NCBI GenBank assembly: GCA_026026165.1
Contig: JAPEUD010000078.1
Coordinates: 1-64,000 of the forward strand
From: Sarea resinae
Taxonomy: Eukaryota
Reading direction: 5' to 3'
Length of the DNA stretch: 64,000 nt
Below, piece after piece: positions 1-10,060 of this stretch. The position numbers and the translations under genes are program-made. The notes under the pieces were generated by a model that saw only the letters and a program-made list of their open reading frames with translations, was not told where the DNA came from and did not search any database. Every line of letters starts with the position of its first letter. The first letter of the stretch is position 1.

Positions 1-1290
1 GTTCTATAGAGTTCTATTAGCTTCTATAGGTCTGTAGAAGCTTCTAGATGTATCTATACTGTCATGTGACATTCTGTAACAGTCTAGATACTTAAGAGTG
101 ACTAGAATTAAGGTTATAATTCTAACAGAAATTGTGAGACAGTACTACAATAGTGTTGATTTTTAACACAGTTACTAACACCTATAGAAAATTTAGGTGA
201 AAAAAAAGTAAATTGACTATAGTAGGAATCGATCCTAGGAGCATTACGTAATTAGTGATTGACGTTACACTAACTAGGCTATCTAACTTGTTAGAAAATC
301 TAGCCCTCTAGTAGTATATAGCCTACTAAAACTATAATATTATTTTGACATAGAGATTTTTAAATTTTAGATCACCTAGGAGATTTAAGACGTTCAATGA
401 AAAAAGTCATGATTATGTAAGCTTACATGATGTTTGCAATTATCGTCGAACGTCTCAGTAAATATTAGCTTATTTAAAATTTTAAGAAATATCTACTACT
501 ACTATAACACCTACAATTAGTTTTAACACTGTTACAACACCTATAGAAGGTGTTGACACCGCCTATAGTTACAGTTACCACTAGGTCTTAACACCTACTT
601 TAGTTTTAACACTGTTACAACACTGTCTTAACACCTATAGAAGGTGTTTAATACTTATAAGAGGTTTCTAACACCTATAGGAGGTGTTAGATACTATTAA
701 TACTGTAACAACACAGTGTTAGGATATATATAGTAGGCACCTAAGTACCTACTTACTAGAAACTTCTAGTGATAACAAATTGCATAAGTAATTTGTAATT
801 AATAAAATAACAATGATATACAGTATGCTTTATAAGAAGGTCAAGGGATAGTTGTGTAAACCTTATGTTATAGAAGTTCTATAAGATTCTATAGAGTTTA
901 ATTACTTTCTATAGGGTTCTACTAGATGCTATAGGGTTCTACTACATTCTATTAGATTCTATAGCTGTGTAGAAGCTTTTAGATATATCTATACTGTCTT
1001 ATAACAGTTTGTAACAGTCTAAATACTTATAAATAACTAGAATTAAGGTTATAATTCCAACACTTTTTTCTATAGGTGCGCAAAATGTCCTGCAACCTAG
1101 GGTAGGTGTTATAACAGTCTTAAGACAGTTCTTACACTGTTTAGGAATTTCAAACCATAGGTGGTTCTACTAGGTATCACAACTGTTGTAAGACTGTGTT
1201 AGAAATCCTACAGTTAGCTATAAGGTACCACTGTTTGTACAGCGGTATACTAGTACCAAATCTAAGGCGCGTAGCTACTAATTATCACTC
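1..1290. repeat. AT-rich, TpA-enriched RIP-like degenerate repeat region with internal sub-repeats (TTTTAACACTGTTACAACACCTATAGAAGGTGT-type units)
   Basis: Visibly very low GC with abundant TA/TAG/CTA and no credible ORF. Sub-repeat units recur near 161, 521, 604 and 671. A ~120-bp block at 1-127 recurs at ~945-1062. Confidence 0.85.
213..288 (-). pseudogene. Degenerate tRNA-Ile(AAT)-like element (tRNA pseudogene or SINE head)
   Basis: The minus strand reads AGTTAGA-TAGCCTAGTTAG (A-box-like)...CACTAATTACG (AAT in anticodon position)...CTAGGATCGATTCCTAC (B-box/T-arm-like)-TATAGTCA, followed by a T-run. It resembles the mature form of the tRNA at 42152-42258. Acceptor and anticodon stems are broken. 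Confidence 0.5.
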
Positions 1291-1596
1291 TAGCTCACCG
1301 CTATTGTCAATGGAATTGCCGAAGCTGCTCCGCAGAGCTCATGGTCCGAGGCAGAATGGCTTCTATTCCTTACGTGAGTCTCTAATTTTAATAAATAGCG
1401 ATGAGACAATTCATTTGATACAGCAAGCTCGGTGTATCGTAAGAGAAACGACAACGACACAACATCCTCCAGGGCCACAGACAGGCCTTTTTGTTCCTCG
1501 CCCCATTGTCCGCTTGCTCATCCGTCATGAATATCTTGCTCTTGTAAAAGTCAACGATCTAGTACATTCAAGCATATACAACTCAACGTTGATCTC

Positions 1597-2813
1597 TCAC
1601 ACATTCAATCTGTACAATGGCATCCTCGACTTAGCTCCGTCATCTCTTTCCAATCCCCGCAATGCAGCCCCTCCTTTACCTGTCAGCTGCTTTCCATCGG
1701 CATCCATTCCATGAGCATCTCTCAGGTAGTCTCCGATATCGTTCAATAAAGCAATGTTCAGTCCAAATGAACCGCTGTCTGGGTCCGCGGGCTACATCGA
1801 GTCAGCATTGCCGTGGAAGATATATAGGGAAACTTACCACCCGCGCCTCGTATACCTGACATCCGCATGTCTTGCATATATAGTGACAATTCGTGCCCGA
1901 GCCAAAAGTATACTCGTTCAAGAAACCTTCAGCCGGGATGTAGGGTGTTGAGGAAGACTTGGGTGGGTAGAAATAGACGTTTCGCTGTGGTGGATAAAGC
2001 CAAAGGACGCCGTTCTTGAGCGAGCATTAGCTTGCATGACTGAATGATACGCCGAGGGAGACTCACGCCGAGGCAGATCGAACATGCGCAATCGCAGATC
2101 TCCGCAGTCTCCAATGGCTCGCTCTTTACTGCAAATTTGACAGCTTGACAATGACACGATCCTATATAGATCTTGGATTCATCGTCATCACCAAGCTGGT
2201 TAAGATACTTTGGTGCGCCTGGAAGGTCGTCCAGCTGGGAATGGGCGTAGGCGGGGACACGGTCCAGGCCGCCATACCTAGTAAGACATATCAGAGGGTG
2301 ACCGAAAAATGGATTGAAACGACTTACATTGTCAGCTTGTGTTTCCATAGGTCAAAGTGATCCCCGCGGATCGCTCGAACCTGAGTCGACCAATGCGTTA
2401 TTGGTATTCAGTCAGTCAGAACAAGATGTGGACGATGCTCACGTTGTACGTGTAGCTTTTAGCGTCTGGCTTGAATTGACCGCCAAGCACGTACGTCCCG
2501 CATTTCCCGCAGAACTGATATGTTTCCTTATAAGCGCTTCTCCAGCAGCGATATTGTAGCGTGGACTTACTTGATGCGCGAAAGACTTTGTTCCAAATCT
2601 ATATTCCTGCAGTTCAACACCATCCGTCCCTACACCTTTTATAACCTTTATACTACTCTTTGGAGCTTCACCCCATATGATTCGTCTTTTGAGACAATGC
2701 GAGCAATCACATACACCATTATCGCTAAATAAACCTTCGAGGGGAAGTGTAAGTTGAAGAATGTGAGTCTGGCAATGACACGCCAGATAGTATATAGCTG
2801 TTTGGTCTGTCAT
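1597..2813 (-). CDS. Tandem double-domain GFA/Mss4-like (CENP-V/GFA family) zinc protein, 6 exons, 316 aa
   Basis: Manual splice model: exons 2813-2571, 2514-2443, 2380-2328, 2277-2067, 2014-1838, 1791-1597, all GT-AG and in frame. Two sets of CHC...CDCxxC...(F/I)CxxCG...N motifs (ACHC/CDCSHC/FCGKCG/NVRAI and SCHC/CDCACSIC/ICKTCG/GLNIAL). Confidence 0.85.
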
Positions 2814-2819
2814 AATAAC

Positions 2820-3352
2820 TTGGTGTATAGCTAATAAGTGAGGATAAAGGTGTTGTTAGGTGTTTTTATATGATGCTAAAATAGATAAGGTTATACATAG
2901 GTAAGCAAATGTTTATAAGAGTTAATTAGATTAAACAATTATATCACTTAATATTAACATTATATTTATAGCTAAGCTAAACACAAGCAAAGTTAAGTGC
3001 TTAGACTAAAGAGTGTATTATATTACTTTAATCCTATTACTCTACTTAGAGTATATAATAAAGCCTAAGAAGTTATTAGCAGATCTAATAACAAGTCTTA
3101 GTTCTTTACTAGTAATTTATATTTACTATATTTACAATTTCCTGTTTTAGCTAAATATTATTATTACTATAAGTGAGACTACTAGAATATAATCTTAATT
3201 CTAGATATTCTAAAGTATCTAGACTGTTATAGACTGTTATAGACTGTTATAAGACAGTGCAGATACTTCTAGACGCTTCTACACACCTATAGAAGTTAGT
3301 AGACCCTAATAGACTCTAGTACAACTAGTAAATAGAATATAGTAGAACCCTA
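2820..3352. repeat. RIP-like AT-rich tract; 3181-3352 is an inverted copy of the repeat at ~931-1062 and 1-127
   Basis: The reverse complement of 3181-3352 reads TAGGGTTCTACTATATTCTATT...TTCTATAGGTGTGTAGAAGCGTCTAGAAGTATCTGCACTGTCTTATAACAGTCT...AGATACTTTAGAATATCTAGAATTAAGATTATA, which is collinear with 932-1055. Confidence 0.85.
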
Positions 3353-3460
3353 CTTAAGCCTAGTAAGGCTGGCGACGCTGCTAAGCATAAGGTACCTACC
3401 TAGGTAGCCGGCTAGATGCACCTTCGTGTATGCCCTTCGATTGATACACCTACGAAGTAC

Positions 3461-3568
3461 TAGTACCTTCGTATTTGGGCCAAAGCACAACGGGGCTCGG
3501 CTACTAGAAAGCCATAGTACCTTCGTATTTGGGCCAAAGCACAACGGGGCTCGGCTACTAGAAAGCCA
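3461..3568. repeat. Perfect 54-bp tandem duplication
   Basis: TAGTACCTTCGTATTTGGGCCAAAGCACAACGGGGCTCGGCTACTAGAAAGCCA occurs at 3461-3514 and 3515-3568. Confidence 0.95.
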
Positions 3569-4129
3569 ACAGCCGCACTGACGTCCGGGAGGGACAGGCG
3601 GACGACAAGGGTCTCAGCTTGGATCACCGTGCGGCAGTACCAGTCCATCAAGAGGGACGTTTCTTCCCTTGTCCAGGACCAGATTGCCGCTTTGTACACC
3701 GAACAGCTGATAGTAGCGACAACACGACAATCTTTTGAGGCGCTCACCCAGTGACCAGTGCGACTGTGATACCAAAGTGGTAGACAGGACGGAAAATCTA
3801 CCCCAAGAGGCTCTCATCTGTTCAGTGGACGAGGGCCCTTGACAAGACCTAGCAGGCGCGTATTGGCGATTTCGCAAACTTCCAGGTACTGGGAGAGAAC
3901 GTATGCAAAAGAGATGACAAGACTACTAACGTATCCTGATTCAGCAACCAGTTTGCATCACATAGCATACCTGCGACTGGCATCGGGCTCCGATTTGGAG
4001 CACCGCGGTGCTCCGCAGCCGAAGCCGGCCTGTATGTGCATCAGATATAGCTCGCCTGGTCTCCGTCTACTCCTATGAATTTACTGCATAGCTTAGTCCC
4101 TCGCTGGATGTTAGAGGGCTGAAATCAAC

Positions 4130-7015
4130 ATGTACAGACGCCATCGAGCCGTGGGTGGGGGTTTGGCCTACGCCAACAAAAGCAATGCGGCGCAGATACC
4201 CGATTCTATTTCGTTGCTCCGGACGTTCGACTCCGAGACGAATCCCGCTCGGCCCGTGAGACCTTCACCATTGACTGCTTCACCAATTCAAGGGATGCCA
4301 TTAGACCTGCTGGACCGCATCCGATCTTTTCCTCTTTTCATCTCAGCGCCAGACACCTTTCTCGCTGCGATTGGAGCACATCTTCGACCACAGCTTCATT
4401 CAGCACACGAGTATATACTTACTGAGGGCGATGATGCGAAAGCCATGTACTGGCTGGTTCGGGGAGCAGTAGCAGTCACGTCTCGTGATGGAGAGAGTAC
4501 ATATGCGGAGCTAAGACCCGGAGCGTTTTTCGGAGAGATTGGGATTTTAATGGACATCCCTCGCACTGCAACCATTGTTGCTCGGACGAGATGCTTACTG
4601 GTTGTTTTGAAGAAGGAGGATTTGAAGAAAGAACTACCCAGATTCCCTGAAGTGGAACGAGCTATTAGAGAAGAGGCGCAGGAGAGGCTTACCATTTTGG
4701 AGCGAAAGAGAAGAGAAAGAGCCGACTCTACCGTAAACGAGCCTTTGCGATTGAAGAAGCGGAGTCGGGATGTATCAGCGGGGCAGGTCACCGTGGGGGA
4801 CTCAGGCTCTGTGAGCGGAGAAGTCATCAACTACAAAAAGAGAAAGTCCCCTAGTCCAGGTCTGGCAGAAGCGGCGGCATCAAGCGCTCTGGGAAGCGTT
4901 CTAGTCAATGTACGCCAGCTTCTGAAAGAGTTGCCACTCTTTGCAGGCCTACCTCCGGAAATTTTGCACTTTCTTGGGCTCAATGCGCAACCGCGGACAT
5001 ATCCTCCTTTTACCGAGATCATACGACAGGATTCGCAAGGTCGAGAAATCTTCTTCATTGTAAGAGGAGAGGTTGAAGTTGTTGACGAGAACTCGGGCAG
5101 GGCTGGTATTAAGGCTTTTCTGGATGGATCCGGAAAGCTAATTAATCGAGCATCGCATGTAAAGGCACGTCTGAAGCAAGGTCAATACTTTGGGGAAGTC
5201 ACCAGTCTTTCTCTTGCTCCACGGAGGACTGCGACTGTTCGCTCGGTTACTGCCGTTGAATGTCTCATGATAACTGGGGATGTGTTGAATGAGCTCTGGG
5301 AGCGATGCTCCCCTGTCATTCGACAACAAGTCGAAGAAACAGCCAAGAAGCGACTAGAAGGTGCAACTGATCGAGATGCCACAATGATTGATTCCTTGGA
5401 TGTGACGCCTCCAATCAATGAGCTTGTTATAGCTGATAACAAGCCCAAAGAGTACAGGAAAGGATCCGTACCTAGGGTCACATTCAGCCACCCCCAGCGG
5501 GAAGACCCTAAGATTTTGGTAGAGGAGAGACCGGTAATAGAGCCATCTGACCCCGACCCCTTTCTAAATGTGGACCTGGACAGTATTCGCTCCAGGTCAA
5601 GACGAGGATCTTTGGCTCCACCCCCTCCGGAAGGCGGGCAGCCTGGAAAACCGGACAGCAAAGATCGTCCACCATCTCCCCGAAGCCGGTCTTTAAACTC
5701 TACTGCTTCAAAAGCAAAGCATTCAACGACGCCACCTGAACACCAGCTCACGCCAAAGCGGCCAAAGATAATTCAGCGTCGACCGAGCCACAATAGCAAA
5801 GGCATCCTACCGCGGCAGGTCCTGATTCGAATCTTCCAAAATCTTGATATCTATCATCTCATGCGCCTGCGTGCCGTCTCGATGTACTGGTCCAAGCTCC
5901 TTAACACTTCTCCCGATGTCCTGCAAATCCTTGACCTGTCTGCCTATAATCGCCAAGTGACAGACGAGGCCCTCATCAAGTGGATCTGCCCCTTTATTGG
6001 CTCTCGACCGCGGCTCGTTGATATTGGTAATTGCTTTCATATCACCGACGAGGGTTTTGGAGTATTGGCATCTGTGTGTGGTGCCAATGTGAAGTCATGG
6101 AGAATGAAGAGCGTTTGGGATATCACAGCTCATGCTGTGTTGGAGATGGCAAGTAAAGCAAAGGGATTAGAAGAGATTGATCTTAGTAATTGCCGAAAAG
6201 TGAGCGACAATCTCCTCGCTCGTGTTGTTGGATGGGTCGTGCAGGAGACTCCACCAAATATACAGACCAATAGCCGGTACAGCTCGAACGCGAACACAGG
6301 CATCCATCCATCAATACAACCACCGGCGGGGACAGTCGTTGGCTGTCCCAATCTGAAACGATTGACCCTTTCATATTGCAAGCATGTGACGGATAGGTCA
6401 ATGGCTCATCTGGCAATACATGCGGCATCACGCCTGGAAGAAATTGACCTGACTAGATGTACCACAATCACCGACCAGGGGTTCCAACATTGGGGCATCT
6501 CTCAATTCACAAGGCTCAGCAGGCTATGCTTGGCGGACTGTACGTATCTGACTGACAATGCAATCGTCTATTTGACAAATGCAGCGAAAGGGCTAAGAGA
6601 ACTCGATCTGGTGAGCAATAGTTACACTCTGAGTTGTGCAATCAAATTTTAATTTCACACATAGTCCTTTTGTTGTGCCCTGTCCGATACGGCGACCGAG
6701 GTTCTAGCACTTGGATGTCCCCATCTCACTCATCTTCGACTTTCTTTCTGCGGCAGCGCTGTTTCTGACAGCTCCCTTGGCAGCGTTGGCCGCCATCTCC
6801 TAGATCTGCGGGAATTGTCTGTACGTGGCTGTGTTAGAGTAACAGGTATTGGCGTGGAAGCGGTCGTTGGAGGCTGCCACAAGTTATCCGTCTTCGATGT
6901 GTCTCAATGCAAAAATCTGCAGAGATGGCTAGACGAAGGTGGAGTGCAGAGAGTAGGAAGAAACATTCGTTTTGAGACTATTGTTGGAAACTCGAAGCTT
7001 TCTGAGTCTCGCTGA
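4130..7015 (+). CDS. Cyclic-nucleotide-binding domain (x2) / F-box / leucine-rich-repeat protein
   Basis: CNB motifs GAFFGEIGILMDIPRTATIVAR and GQYFGEVTSLSLAPRRTATVRS. F-box-like LPRQVLIRIFQNLDIYHLMRLRAVSMYW. Cys-containing LRRs (LEEIDLSNCRKVSD, LKRLTLSYCKHVTD). Intron 6611-6664 joins exon 2 (SFCCALSD...) in frame. Confidence 0.9.
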
Positions 7016-7618
7016 GCTCAGACCAAACTACGATTACAGTTTTTGGCTGGTTGGGCAAATGTGCTCGAGGAGTTTGGCCATTTATTCTTTTCTGCTTCTG
7101 CATGGCGCCAAACGGAGTTTGGTCGATGATACCATGTTTCAGGCGCTGCAACTTGGGATAGCGAGGCCGAGACAAATGATGACAAATGACTGAACAAGCT
7201 TCTCAATATGATAAGATGAGGACAATTACTCTATCGACACTATGATCCTAATTCAACAATTTCAAAGTATTTTAAGGGTATGCGACTGTCTGGCTCCGTG
7301 TACTGATAATAAACTCGAGCGGGTCAAGTACGAAGTACTCGTAGAGTACCTAAGGCAGGTAGGTACTACTATGGTGCCGAAGGGAGAACGCACCCGGCCG
7401 GGATTTTCTGGAAAGTTCCGAAAATTCCATTGATGATCGGGCGGCTTCGGTGGGGAAGAACGTCACCTCCGCCGTCGCCTCCCTTACTCAACTTACTAGC
7501 TATCTCCTCCATCTCCCCGGCCTCCCACTTCTTTCATCTTTCCTTCATCCAAAGTCAATAACAGCATTCTCAGTTTTAGCTTCCGGAAAATTTGAGGGAG
7601 TTGATCAGAGCCTTCAAG

Positions 7619-8720
7619 ATGGCGTTCACACTTCGTCGTCCACTTGCGCTTCCGTCTGCCCTGAAGCAAATATCCAAGAGTACTTCCGTCGCGGCCACTG
7701 TTCGAGCGTTCCACAATACAGCGTCCAAGTCAGCGCCGAATGCCTTTTTCTCATCAAAGACGGCTTCCTCGGCTCCCGTTCAACCCCTTAGCAAGTCCCG
7801 CAATGCTTTCCAGACTGCATTTCGTCGAAACTATATGCAGCAACCCTATCAAGCCGCCAGCCCTAGTGGCGGTAATTTGACCCAGCGTCTTCTCTACGGT
7901 GCTGGTATATTTGGAGGCACTCTCGTCGCCATCAACCTGGTTTTCAATCGTGAGACTAGGGAAGATGGAGGAATGCCTCCCTACGAGCGGAGTTACCTTA
8001 ACGAAACGTTTCTCCATACCGGCTTGGGCGTGGGAATTATCGGCATTGCCGCCCGGGCCCTGCACCAGAACGGATGGAGCTACAGATTGATGGCAACGAA
8101 CCCCTGGGCCGTCCTTGGGCTGAGTTTGGTGGCCAGCATCGGCACTATGTACGGAACCTTTGCAACGCCTCCAGAAAAGTAAGTCTGCATACCTAATTAT
8201 ATTCGGATGCACGAGCAACACTAAGTTTTCCCACAGTTACATGGTGAAATATGCTTTTTGGGGAGGATTCAATCTGACACAGGCTGCTTTACTCTCTCCA
8301 CTATTCTTCCTTTCGCCGGCCCTTCTAGCCCGCGCCGGACTGTACACCGTTGCCATGATGGGCTCGATCGCATTTGTCGGTGCCACGGCCAAACAAGAGA
8401 AGTACCTTTATCTCGGAGGCCCACTTCTTGCGGGTGTCGCTATAGTGGCAGTTTCCGGTCTCGCGCCGCTCGTGCTTCCAGCTACTGCGGTAAGAACGTT
8501 GGCACTCACGGACAAACTTTGGCTCTACGGAGGCCTCGCTGTCTTTGGCGGTTTTACGCTTTATGATACTCAAAAGGTCCTACACCATGCTCGACTGGCC
8601 CAGCGTGGGCTAATCAAGAGAGATGCGGTCAATGAGAGCATCAGCCTCGAGCTGGACTTCCTGAACATCTTCATTCGTATGGTCCAGATATTGGGTATGA
8701 GGAATAACAATCGAAGGTAG
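7619..8720 (+). CDS. Mitochondrial Bax inhibitor-1 family protein (GHITM/MICS1-like)
   Basis: Basic presequence-like N-terminus, multiple TM segments, and motifs YLYLGGPL, LYGGLAVFGGFTLYDTQK, SISLELDFLNIFIRMV. Intron 8179-8236. Confidence 0.9.
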
Positions 8721-9569
8721 AATGGCGAACGCTTGGCATGCTTATCGAAGCGCATATGCATTGATTTCGGGGAGTTTCAGGTCAGCGTTTCGTAAACAAT
8801 TCTTAAATCTCCTCTCTTTGCTTGTACTACATTTCATTGAAAACAAGCACTTCTTGTACAATTATAATTATTCAGAATTGACCATTACTTGGTGTGCATA
8901 GAGGTGTATCTAGCTAACTAAGTGAAATGTGGACATAGAATGGATAAAGAAGGCAGTGCCCAAACGCTTCCTGTGACGAATATTTTCTCCTCAGAGCAGA
9001 AGATGAATGCATGAAAAAGAAATTGAGGGACTCGATTATTCAAATTAGTTGTCGTCATACATCCTTTACGGCGGCATTTCTCTCCCTATCCCATCCCAGT
9101 GTGCGTGCCAAATGCCACTGCAAAAAGCACTATTCGGGCAGCCATCATAATCGCTGCAAGCCCTACGCATACAGTAGATCCAAGTCCCTACATGTCCGGT
9201 TCAGAATCAGCGCTACCAGACATCTCTTAATCGCACAGAGACCTACTGAGCCTTGGTCTTTATACCATTGAGCACTTTGTTGAATGTATACTCGTATACT
9301 GCAGGCCATGTCGAGGATCTGAAAAGTGGAGCTTCTTGCTATACGCTTTATTAGGGAGAATGTGATGTTGGCATTTGAGATAGGGTTTGAGATCAAGTAG
9401 TATTCACGAGTAGGACAATGGTGCTCAAGTTGACGTTTGGCATCAGGTTATTGGGCGCGTCGTAGATCTTTACGTTGCCAGCCAAGGAAAGGAAATATTG
9501 GTACTTACCTACCTTCCGGGCCTACCAGAATCAGTAGAAATAGAGGAACCTACGACATACAAGGAGGCC

Positions 9570-10060
9570 TAAGGCCCTAATTCTAGCTAGATAATTGAAT
9601 TTTCTGTATAATTATATTTCTAACTCTCTTGTACAAGGATAATACTGTTCTGACTAGTCATACATTCTTAAAAGCTGTCTTTAATTGAGAGAGTAATACC
9701 TAGAGAGGTAGGTAGTGCTTTGAATATACTTGATTTAGAGCTAGAACTATAAGATAATAGTTTCAAAATTATGCTCTTTCTTTCTCTTCTTCTCTATACC
9801 TTAGTAATAAGCTCTAGGTCTATTAATTCTCTATAACCTCTACTATACTGTTATATTTAAGTATTTACTTCAGTATACTAGTATACATACTATAGTGATT
9901 ATAGCTATAATTACTATGACTTCTTAGAAACTCTCTCTATAATTATAAGATTATAAAGTTACTTGTATTCTAATTTAAGGATAGAATAGAATTATTGAGG
10001 CTTCTAACTTTTCGCGATTATAAAGGTAGCAACTAGTAAATAATAATATACAAGAGCTTA
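9570..10060. repeat. RIP-like AT-rich island (probable degraded repeat/TE remnant)
   Basis: Abrupt drop in GC with TpA excess and no ORF in the track. The element family is not recognisable. Confidence 0.6.

Noticed and set aside
1..1290. Possible CRISPR array or telomeric repeat
   Set aside because: The units are degenerate and irregular with no repeat-spacer periodicity and no TTAGGG array; the context is eukaryotic.
1196..1714. 172-aa plus-strand ORF
   Set aside because: Non-ATG start, begins in RIP-like sequence, overlaps the GFA 3' end antisense, and has no motif.
9570..10060. Assignment to a specific transposon family
   Set aside because: No recognisable transposase/RT motif, LTR or TIR by eye.
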